This document shows positions 9,618-20,243 of a DNA stretch of 64,000 nucleotides, one piece after another. Source of the stretch: Novakomyces olei (taxonomy: Eukaryota). The stretch lies in NCBI GenBank assembly GCA_016906335.1, contig JADEYG010000002.1, forward strand, positions 682,001 to 746,000, given 5' to 3'. The translations under genes were made by a program, and so were the position numbers. The stretch's first letter is position 1, and each line of letters starts with the position of its first letter. The notes under the pieces were generated by a model. The model was not told where the DNA came from. It did not search any database and was given only the letters and a program-made list of their open reading frames with translations.

Positions 9618-10038
9618 ATTGGACGCTTAGATTTTAGAAGAATTAGAGAGGCTAGTAGAGAGGTTTAATGACCAGTCTTTTTTAAAAACTTGAAAAACTT
9701 GAACATGCAGACTACGATTCCAATATTCTATCACATTTTACAGGTGCTTGCTCAACCATTTGTGGACTCGATACTCGCGTGTCGCAGCAAAACGCAATAG
9801 AAAAGAACATTTGTTGCGCCAAAGAACATACTATATCTATTATACGACTGGTAATTGTGACTATAAACTGTAATTTAAATACTATTAAAAGAATTATAAA
9901 TTAGAATGGAATAATAAATTGGAACCGTTATATTGCTCCAATTAATACTAACTAATTACTGCCTCTGAGCTTCAAGTATACAAATTATTCAGACAAGAGC
10001 AAACTCAAACGGCTCCATCCAAATTGATACCGTAAACA

Positions 10039-11511
10039 ATGGAAAAACGGCGTCTCGAGGCCGTAGACGATACACCTCGTGCACGTGCCGCGGCACGGTC
10101 TCGGCGACACGTGAATCCACGTGTTGAAGCGCTTGTCCCGGACGCGGTACTGCTTTCGCGACTTTTGGATCAAGAACACCAGCTCGACAGCTTGCTTTTG
10201 CGAAAAAGGCACGACTTGATCGAATCTGAGAAAGTGCTGCCGAGGGTAATGTGCCATATTAATATTTATATATATATATATTTTCTTTTTCTTTTTCTTT
10301 TCTTTTTTTATTTTTTTTCGAGAAAACAGCCTTGAACGTCTATGCCTGTTGGGTTGTTGTCAAGTTTTCCTAACACTTTCCAGGAGAAAAGGATACTCAG
10401 ATTATTTATCTCTAATACTGCCAAAGGCCGCGACAGTCATGCGCAAGAACCGTCATGGAGACTGGTCATTGAAGGCGCTGTGTTTGACCCGGACACAAAT
10501 CAACCGGTCGCTGAAGCTCCTAAAATGACAGCTTATTTATCATCACTTGTTGTTCACCTCGAGCGGCCAGCGCAGCTTCATCCAGAGGGAAACTATGTGG
10601 AATGGCAGCGGCCAGGAGACCACAATGACACAGACGCAATCGTAATAGAGCGAGCTGGATCGGAGGATATCAATGCTACGATTTATGTGGCGCCTAATAC
10701 CTTACAGGACGTGTACGAGCTGGATCAGGATCTGCAAGATATAGTTTTGGCACGCGAGGCATCGCGGCCAGAAATAGTCATGGCCATATGGCAATACGTA
10801 AAAACCAACAAGTTGCAGGACGTGGAGGAGAAAAGGCTTATTCACTGTGATGCCCGGCTAATCCGTTTATTTGGCAGCGATCGTATATTTTTCCCTACAC
10901 TTCCGGACTTGATTAATCGGCATTTACGTCCTCCCACACGTGCAGAGATCAAGTACACCATCCGTGCGCATGGGTCCAGTGAGCCTTTAATTTGTGATAT
11001 TCCAGTTCTTGCAGCATCGACGCTACGAGGACAGGTAACAGAAGCACTAGAAAAAGCCTCCGAGCTCTTACCGGGAAGCACCTCCCAGGCTCAAGAAGAA
11101 ATTACAAAACTTGATGGTGAAATAAGTTCGTACTTGGCGGAAATGGATGCGTGCAAGGCTAAACACGACTTTTTCACTGCCTTCAGCAGTGATCCTGTGC
11201 CGACTCTGCGCACGTGGTTGGACTCACAGACTCGAGACCTTGAAATAATGCTGGCTGAAAACGTGGCAGGTGTAGATGCAGCCTCCAAGGCTTCTGGCTC
11301 CTTTTATACGCAAGATTGGGTCAAAGAAAGTGTGTTTCATTATCTGTCTGCCCGCACAGTAATGGAGCAGCATCAGCAGTTTCAACAGCAGCAGCATCAG
11401 CAGCAGCAGCATTTGCTCCACCAGCAACAACTGCTGCAGCAACAGCATATGAATCCAGGGCGGCAGTTTATTCCTCAGGCAGCCACGCCTGGTACTCAAA
11501 GGTGGCGGTAG
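10039..11511 (+). CDS. SWI/SNF-RSC SWIB-domain subunit (BAF60/Ssr3/Snf12/Rsc6 family), 2 exons, poly-Q tail
   Basis: LRLFISNT, W.L.IEG, IVMAIWQYVK...LQD.EEKR.I.CD SWIB domain; intron 10246-10383 (GTAATG..CTAAC..CAG) joins KVLPR|EKRILR. Confidence 0.9.
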
Positions 11512-11767
11512 TCCTAACTAAAAGTCAAAAACCGTCGTTTCAATACAATCAATTAGATCATGCAGGTTATGTCCAGATACAAGCAGAGAAAAGTTTAGTG
11601 AGTGCATCCATTGCAAAGTGGCCGAGAGAGTAGATAACCGCCAGTATCGGAAAGGAAATTAAAGCCAAGATACAAAAATGAATCTAGAATAAAAGTATTC
11701 CAGAATAAAAATGTTCCAGAATAAAAAATCCAAGCCAGAAACGTGGTTAACGAGCAAACGGCCGAGA

Positions 11768-12299
11768 TCAAGCATCAGATTTGGGCTGATAAAGCCCCTT
11801 CTGAAGCAGCTGTTGTTGTAGCTGCTGCTGGCGATTATACTCTTCCAATTCGTTCAGCCATTCGTCTCGTCTGGCCTTTGCCAACTGGGCCTGCATAGCC
11901 TCTCGGCGCGCACGATCTTCGTGCCTGGCCGACCCGTATACAAATGCTCCGGCTACGAGGGCGACAATAGTGAACCCTTGAGCGTAGATTCTGTAGCGAA
12001 AGAACCGGTTCGCCCGGCGCGCATTGCCAGAGCGCAGTGCCTTTTGAGCGCCCAAAAGAGCCGCGCAAGTGGCTAGAGTTCCTTCTACTTAGTGCCCGCC
12101 AAAGGAAAAATTGTGTCAGGCTCTTCCACGGTACAAGTACTTACCCAACGGCACAAGAGGCTCTTCCCTGAACCTGGTCACTTTTAAATTAGCTCTTAGC
12201 GGCAAAAAGAGAGTGCGTACAAAATTTCTGGCCGATACCGCCACCGCCTCCGTAATTCTCGCCAGGCAGCCCGGACGACGGCGGGCCTGCATTGCTCAT
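11768..12299 (-). CDS. RCF1: Respiratory supercomplex factor Rcf1 (HIG1 domain), 3 exons
   Basis: Spliced product reads KFLTRFREEPLVPLGTLATCAALL...FRYRIYAQGFT; introns 12220-12181 and 12144-12082. Confidence 0.92.
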
Positions 12300-13155
12300 G
12301 GCTAGAGTGCAGTTTAGTTAGGGTTAATTATTTGTCAGGGTTAATTGTATTATTTCGAATTATTTCAGCGTATAATCCGTTTCTCGTATTGTTGGGGAAA
12401 ATCATTAAAAATCGTCAGCCGTCATCCGTATAACGCGGATTATCTCGCCGGCCAGACTTACCAAACGGGAAGGCGACGTGAACAGCGTATATTAATCCAT
12501 TATATAAAGCCATTATATAGAGCCATTATTATACGGCCATTGTAAAGCCATTATTATAGAGTCCCGTATATTTTATAGCCGTTAGAGTCAAACGGCGTGC
12601 AATAGGTTGAGCACAGTGATTCGCGGACTATATTCTACTGCCGCTCACGATTAGACGGTAAACTCAACGATTTTGTCCCTGATAGGGCAAAGCAGCCAAT
12701 TGCGTATACTGAATTTTCGGGGCCAATTTTACTTGGAACCTGACTTGCGCCAATAAAAGGGTGGCCAGACTCGACTAGCGTAGAGGAAGGATACGGCTTT
12801 GTTACGTCACACACGCGCGTTTGGCTAACCGGATTCGCGTACACGATTGTGACGTGTAAATTGTGGCATTTGTCCAGTGCCGGCGTTCGTTTTACTGTTC
12901 ACTTTACTGTTCATTGTCGATATTAGTCTCGTTTCGAGCTTGACGAGCTGAATTGGTACAGACAGCAGCCTTCAATTGTTCACTGAACGGGTCTATTTAC
13001 GGGTCTATTGGTGGAGCTATAAGCATCCAATCAAGTCGCTTCATAAGCCAGTCGTTGAGCTAAACTTTGACCCTGCATAGCGTTTCGACAGCTCTGGAAA
13101 GCCGTGCCTGCCCCTTTCTTGTCTTTTTTTTTTATATTAATCCAGGCTCAGCTTC

Positions 13156-14225
13156 ATGCCTCGCTTTACTACAAACGACAATGTACAGCTCGAGTACCGT
13201 GACATTGGCAATGCTGCAGGACGGCCTACTGTAATCCTACTGCACGGGTTTTCCGGGTCCAGCGAGTATTTTGAGCGCGTGTTCCCCGTTTTACGGGACA
13301 AGTACCGTGTAATTGCACCGACACTTCGCGGCCATGGAACGTCAGATAAACCAAGGCATGGGTTCCATGTGGCTCGTCTTGCTCGCGATCTTTATGATAT
13401 GCTAGAGCACACAGGGTTACTGGCAGGAGCTCGATCTCGCAGTGGTGCTACGGCACCTCAATTATTAGGTGTCGGCTGCTCTATTGGAGCTGCCATTCTC
13501 TGGGCTTTTCAGGAGCTTTTTGATTCGCCTCCTTTTACTGGGTTCATTTACGTTGATCAGAGTCCGTACCAGAATTACGCGCCGGACGCGTCATGGCTGC
13601 GTGGGAGTAAGGGCTGCCATGACGCTGCCTCATTGGCTTATAATCAAGCTATGATTCTTCATGCACCTCATAAAATGTGGGAAGAATTAGCTCGCGACTG
13701 CCTTGGTCATCAAATTGCTCCTCATGCTTTCCCAAAAGTATCTCAGCAACAAGCTGACGTAGATATTGAGTTCTTTTCATACATTTCTGCTCAAGCTGAT
13801 CCATACTTTTTGGCCAACCTCATGCAGGACCACACTAATGCTGATTGGAGGTCTTCTATTGCTCATAACTCTTGGCTCCCTGTACACGTTGTCGCCAGCC
13901 GGTACTCTGGAGTTTTTTCCGTCGAAGCTGTCGACGCTGTTGCTGCTATTATCAATGAGGCTAACGGGTACCCATTGGCCTCTTTTGAAGTGGCTGACTG
14001 GGGCGGTCACTGGATGGTATTGGCAACCGTTTCCTTTTTTCATCTCTCTTTTAACGGTTTTCCTTTTATTTTATCCTTTATTTTATCGAGTATCGCTAAT
14101 GTGAATAGTACTATGAAAACGCTGAAAGGTTTGGCGCAGTCATTGATTGGTTTATGGGCGAGCATACTCAACGGCACGCTCCTAACCACGCGTTACGTCA
14201 TAAATTTGATCAGGTGGACGCGTAA
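13156..14225 (+). CDS. Alpha/beta hydrolase (non-heme haloperoxidase/esterase-like), 2 exons
   Basis: LHGFSGS, RGHGTSDKP, GCSIG nucleophile elbow, GGHW; intron 14017-14108 (GTATTG..GCTAAT..TAG) gives HWM|YYENAERF. Confidence 0.87.
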
Positions 14226-14512
14226 AGTACTGCGAAGGATTTGTCAACTCAAAAAGACATGACCGCTAAAGCACGAGCAGGAGCACGTCATACTGTTTGG
14301 CATGAACAGTGGTTGAGATAAAAGTGTTCCTGTCTGCTTTTGTCTTTGTATGTAGTCTAGATGTAGATATAAATTTGATTGTTTACTGCCCATAGCGTCA
14401 TTGCATGGCTAAGGCTAAGCTTTAAATCATTGATTTATTTCATAGCACTGTCGCAAAAAATAACAGACAACCTCAGTCTGACTGCTGACGAGCTCATTTA
14501 TGAAAATAATCG

Positions 14513-14628
14513 TATATTTATATTTATATTTATATTTATATTTATATTTATATTTATATTTATATTTATATTTATATTTATATTTATATTTATATTTATA
14601 TTTATATTTATATTTATATTTATATTTA
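14513..14628. repeat. (TATATT)n hexamer microsatellite
   Basis: About 19 perfect units; source of the spurious IFIFIF ORF. Confidence 0.97.
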
Positions 14629-15247
14629 ATTATTAATTATTCTATTACTAATATGCGCATCAATGCCTTATAATTCTTTTTCGTAATTCTTACCGATTCT
14701 CTGCTCTACACGTATCACATTATGCTCGCGCGTTAATATATATATTTCAACCAGCCAAAGGTACAATAATATAGCCACGTTTGCAAAATAGGAAGAGGAC
14801 GACGGGTGAGATCCCATTGCCTTTATCCCTTACGTGTGTGCGGTTTCATTACGCGTCCTTTTTGCTCAAAAGCAGCAAGACTGGTTTACGTTAAATTTAG
14901 CTGGTCGAATTGGTTCTGCAATAGGGACACGCACATATTATTTTGCTTTATATTCTACTCCATCGTTTTGGATCGCTATTCGTAGCTGGTCTTTTCGCTC
15001 GTTTATTTTCTCTTCGACTTGATCCAATTTTTGGTTCGATACTCACTAGTCACCAATCTTGCCCCGCTGCCTTGGCCGTGGATATATAAGGCTGAAGCTG
15101 AAACTGAAGCTGAAACTGACGCTGAAACTTCTGTTTTCTTGCTGCCTACTCGCGCTTTCTACTGTTGTCCGTTTGCTCAATTAACGTGGACTTGGTTAGT
15201 CCATTAATTTCGTCCGATTTGAAGTTTTTAACCCGGACTGAACACCT

Positions 15248-17579
15248 ATGCGCAACAGGGGCCAAAGGTCCAATCTCAGCACGACAACAGAGGAGGCGAA
15301 CAGGAATTTTACGCCAGCCAGTGACACGAAAATAGAGAAAAGCAGTCAAAAGAACGGCGAAATGGCGGACGAGCCACCGTTGCGCTTAGCAGACACGCGG
15401 CGTACTTATTCACAAGATATGAAGGACGATAGTGGAGCAGAGAAAGGATTGAATTTCCGTCAACAGAAACGAGGCCAGTCTCATGAGCATTTGTTTGTGG
15501 AAGACGACGCGTCCCATTTGGTTCATATAGTCGAGGATGAAAATGATAGTGGATCACGATTATCACGTCGCGATCGCCGGAATATCGTACTGCTTATTGT
15601 TCTCTACCTTTTGCAGGGAATCCCGCTCGGCCTAACGCTCGGCTCGCTTCCCTACCTTTTACGGCCCCACCTGACTTATGCTTCACTGGCTGTCTTCACT
15701 CTTTCTTCATACCCATACTCTATGAAACTGCTATGGAGCCCGGTAGTGGACGGTATCTACCTCAAAGCATTCGGCCGGCGCAAGAGCTGGATTCTCCCGG
15801 TGCAACTGACCGTTGGCGTACTGATGCTCGTGTTGTCTGGAAGGGTTGCAGGCTGGATTGAGAATGTAAGTTTACACCAGGCTTTGCTTGTTTAGAACTA
15901 TTATTATTTTTTTTTTTTATATATTTGTATGCTTTTTTGTTTATATCTTGCATATTTTTGTTTGGTCCTTTTACAATTTCGACACCCTCGTCGGAATTAA
16001 AGTTGGTGATTTTTTCCGCTTTCGTGCTTGACAATAGGCTTTATAATGCTAAACTTTAGGCCGAGAGCAATCTTTACGTACTGTCAGCCGTCTTTTTCAC
16101 GATGGTCCTCTTGTGTGCTACGCAAGACGTGGCAGTTGACGGCTGGGCTTTGACTCTCTTGTCAGAGGAGAATCTTTCTTACGCCTCTACTGCTCAGACA
16201 GTCGGCCTCAATACAGGCTATTTTCTCTCGTTCACGGTTTTCCTAGCCTTTTCGTCCCCGGACTTTGCCAACAAGTATTTCCGGAACGAATCGCTCGATG
16301 TTGGCCTTGTTACTTTGGGCGGATACCTACGCTTCTGGGGCTTTATTTTCATTGTCGTCACGATTTACCTCGCTCTGTTTCAGGAGGATACGGATGCACA
16401 AAGTATTTCCGATGAAATTGGTGTTACCGGTGTGCGGAAAGTCTACATGACTATAATTCAGATACTGAAGCTGAAGCGTAAGCTTTCCTAATTATTTACA
16501 CTATTTCACTGCATTCGAAATACGTCAAGTAGTACCGTTGCACGTTGAATATTTATTTATTATTAGACTTGTCTCAAGTTCGTACTCTAACTGTCCAGAG
16601 GTGCAAGGCTTTGTCGTTGTTCATTTGCTGGCCAAATTGGGGTTTGTGACAAATGATTCAGTGACAAATCTGGCTTTGCAAGAGCGAGGATTCTCTAATG
16701 AGGATCTTGCCCTTACTGTTATCATCGACTTTCCCTTTGAAATTATATTTGGGTACTTTGCTGCCCGCTGGTCTATGACCGGTGAGCCTTTGCGGCCTTG
16801 GCGGTATGCTTTTGCTGGCCGTTTAATAGCAGCTATAATCGGAATGGCCACCGTCTACTATTTCCCGGCTGACGGAGTTACTACTCGGTCATACTTTATG
16901 TTGATTATTTTCGCTCATGTACTGTCAAGCTTTATGAGTACTGTGCAATTTGTCAGCGCGTCTGCTTTCCATACACGGATTGCTGATCCGCTTATCGGTG
17001 GAACATACATGACGGTATTGTCCCTTTATTTTTTGGAAAGAAAATTTGAATTTTATTTTGATGTGTATCTGTCGGAAGTCTTTGAGTAGTATTGTATTCA
17101 TACGGACCTGGTCTCGGTTTTTTAGTTCATCTAAATACTCGTATTTATTTTTAATCTCGATCAGTGTCTCTGATTTTTCTCGTCTTTTTATTCTGAACTT
17201 TTTGTGTCAAATGTCCCTTATGTCTAATATCTAGTTGCTCAACACCATATCGAATCTTGGCGGTACGTGGCCTAAGTTTTTTGTACTCAATAACGTTGAG
17301 CGGTTTACAACATCTTACTGTGTGGCAACGGCAGTAGGCGAAGCCAAAGACGCGGCACGTATGGCTTTACTGAATGGTCAGAAATGCACCACAGAATCAC
17401 TTAAAGAGCAGTGCCTTGAAGCAGGTGGGCGACTACAGTCGGACCAGCATGGGTATTATTTTATAAACACATTGTGTGTTACGATTAGTGCCCTACTTTT
17501 TGTTTTCTTTATACGGCCGCGTGTTACTGCACTTGAGCGTTTGCCGCTCAAGACGTGGAAGATCTCTCGCGAACATTAG
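15248..17579 (+). CDS. Acetyl-CoA transporter AT-1/SLC33A1 family (MFS), 4 exons
   Basis: LYLLQGIPLGL, YPYSMKLLWSPVVD, RRKSWI.P.Q, ATQDVAVDGWAL, DPLIGGTYMT|LLNTISNLGGTWP; introns starting at ~15866, ~16478 and ~17015. Confidence 0.93.
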
Positions 17580-18102
17580 ACAGTAGGAGGGAAAAGAGGG
17601 AAAAATATTTTCATTGCATATCTAAATGGCTTTGTAGCATAATACTGAATAGATCTTGTTTCACTATTTGTTGCCCTAAACATGGATTGTATAGTAACCA
17701 TTCCATTTCAATTCAATTATTTTCATTCAATCATCTATAGAGTCTGCTCAACAAGTAATCCTCTGTCTCTATGATGTGCAGCTGTACTTGGTACACAAGT
17801 AACGCTATAGATGAGCTTAATATGGAAAATTACCCCGCGCAGATAATAGATAAGAGGCGGGTGACAGCTTCATCATTGACTAAAGGCGAAACGGTACCCG
17901 CACCGCCTCAGCTTGGGACTTTTATATTGCATCTAGTGTAGACGTAAACCTCATATATTCAACAACCCTGTGCGGTAACAAGAGACCTTCACCATAAACA
18001 CTAACCGTAACCGCAGACTAAACCGAAACCAAGCAGGTAGACAGAAAAATAGAAAAAAATAGATCAATAAATAAAGAATAAATCAATTAACCAATAAATA
18101 AA

Positions 18103-18579
18103 TCAGTAGACGCTAGCGTAAATCCCGGCCAATCCAGCGGCAAAAGCCAGAGTAGCACGAACGTAATTCTGGACCTTCCATGACTTCAAAAGGTCAACGA
18201 CATGAGGACGAGAGGCAGCGGTAACGGCAAGTTCTCCTTGTTGGCTGATACGCAATAGTTCCTGAATCCCTGGGTACATGACGAGACGGGTAAACACAAG
18301 GGGCCCGAGCAAGAGGACAGCGGAAGTAGCATGCTCCGATCGTCGGGCCGGGAGGTAGTAGGCACAGAGGGCGTTAGCTATACTTCCCAAGAGCGTGACG
18401 GGTACAACGATCTTTGCTCCACTGTAGTAAATAGCCCCGAGGATACGCGTAGACTCGTTCACGGAGAGCGGGAGGATTGGATCGATAGCGAGAAACGATG
18501 CTGCAAAGGAGAACCCAGAGACGAAAAGGCCCGACGTAAGGCCGACTGACTGAAGTGCGCGTAGTGTGCTCGGCTCCAT
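18103..18579 (-). CDS. DUF1772 / anthrone-oxygenase-like membrane protein
   Basis: 158 aa with four hydrophobic segments, FTRLVMYPGIQELL and LLKSWKVQNYVRA, typical of the DUF1772 pattern. Confidence 0.75.
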   Translation of the reverse strand: MEPSTLRALQSVGLTSGLFVSGFSFAASFLAIDPILPLSVNESTRILGAIYYSGAKIVVPVTLLGSIANALCAYYLPARRSEHATSAVLLLGPLVFTRLVMYPGIQELLRISQQGELAVTAASRPHVVDLLKSWKVQNYVRATLAFAAGLAGIYASVY

Positions 18580-19320
18580 GCTGCCTGAATAGAAGCGATT
18601 TGCTTTGGTGATTTGACTAGTTTACTATGCGGAACTTTGTGGCACTATATAAGCTGCGAATGGTACGTTCTGTCGTTCTATAAACTCGTACTTTTATAAC
18701 CTCGTAGGTAATATACTTGCTCCGCATCGTTCCATTTAAGGTACCTAACTTTACTGTGCGCAGTCCTCACCAAAGTTACAGCATTGCTTGAACTTTTTCG
18801 TACACTATGCTACTTTCAAGTACTAACTTTAGCTGCGTAAATGTATAATATACACATTATATACACATTATATACACCAAAAATCTGGCGATGTTGGAAA
18901 TGTAGGTTGGAAATTGTTGTTGCCGTAGAGTGTTTGAATTAGAAACTCACGAATGCTTTATTTGAATCCCAAAGGATCTGGGAGTTTGCTTGGGTCATAT
19001 AGAACTTTGTATTTCCAAAGTGAAATCAAATAAAACGGCACGCAAGATTTAAATGCATATGAACAAGGAAGAGAGTACATCACCGTAATATGAGGGGATA
19101 ATAGATTCATATTTCAACATTGTTAGTAGTAGCAATTTTAATCGCAATTTTAATAGCAATAATTAGTAGTAGTAGTAATAATCATTGTCTTATACACAAA
19201 AGTATAATTGCTTCCTTCTTTATTATGATTAATATACCTATTAGCGCATTACTCTACGGCAGTAATTACCATAATAAATAGAACCCATACTTTTATCATT
19301 GGCCACTAGAATAAATTAAG

Positions 19321-19365
19321 GACAATAAATCATCGACAATAAATCATCGACAATAAATCATCGAC
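19321..19365. repeat. 14-bp tandem repeat (GACAATAAATCATC) x3
   Basis: Seen directly, just upstream of the KGD4-like start codon. Confidence 0.9.
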
Positions 19366-19406
19366 ACGGTTCACGCAGGTTTGATCCATACCGGAGCCGT
19401 TCGAAA

Positions 19407-19825
19407 ATGAGAGCGTCTTCAATACTGCGCGCGGCGGAACGCAAACCGCTTATTCACTTTCTTGGGAAGCGCATTATTCCGGGTAAGACTCTACAGAAGC
19501 AGACAGGTCACCCGTGTAAATAACAACAATTACCACCCGACCGTCTGAACCCAACCTTTGTACTGATCTTTGTTATATAGCGGACGCTTTAGATCCGGCA
19601 AAGCATGCAGCACGGCACCGCCATCCGCAGGCTCCGGGCGACCTACCTGCCTCGTTCCTAAAACCTCCGCCAAAGTTAGCGCCGGCTTCAACTGCGTACA
19701 ATAGTACTTTACCCCCCGGGTACGTCTGGGATCGTGATGAGCTGCCTTTACGCTTCCACCGGCTTGCCCTGGACGCAACGGAGTCTGAGGCAATCGAGTC
19801 GGGCGGAGCGAGTTTTGTATTTTAG
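19407..19825 (+). CDS. KGD4: Kgd4/Ymr31/MRPS36 family (2-oxoglutarate dehydrogenase E3 adaptor), 2 exons, 106 aa
   Basis: MRASSILRAAERKPLIHFLGKRIIP, intron 19483-19580 (GTAAGA..TACTGAT..TAG), then ..HPQAPGDLP..ELPLRFHRLALDATESEAIESGGASFVF*. Both termini match family hallmarks. Confidence 0.9.
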
Positions 19826-20243
19826 AGTTATAATGTGCTGGACAACACGTGGCATTGACAACGACATTCACAAGCCAGTGCTATGGTACATTGGTCAATG
19901 TACGTTGTTGTCGATATTTACAGAGCAAAATCCTAGATGAAATGTACGCGACAACGCCTGTTAGCTAAGCTGTCCGGAATTTGGTTTGCGGCTAGAGCAT
20001 GTCGTAAAAATGCAGAGTGAATTAGTATTCAGACCAGTCTGAATATATAATTAAATGAATATTAAAGCATTTATCTAATATTAGAATGATTCAGTCATGT
20101 ATATGTTTGCAGCTTTATATGGTTTGATCATGAAACAATAGCAATGGGAGCATTGAACCTGTATGCAATAAGAATAATGAAAAGGATCTAAATAATGAAA
20201 AGGATTAAAGGATTAATAGAAGAATAATGAATAAACCGCTCTT

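Noticed and set aside
19530-19871. Minus-strand 113-aa ORF or RNase P-like RNA (GGGGGTAAAGT)
   Set aside because: P4 pairing fails and the region is fully explained by the plus-strand KGD4 exon.
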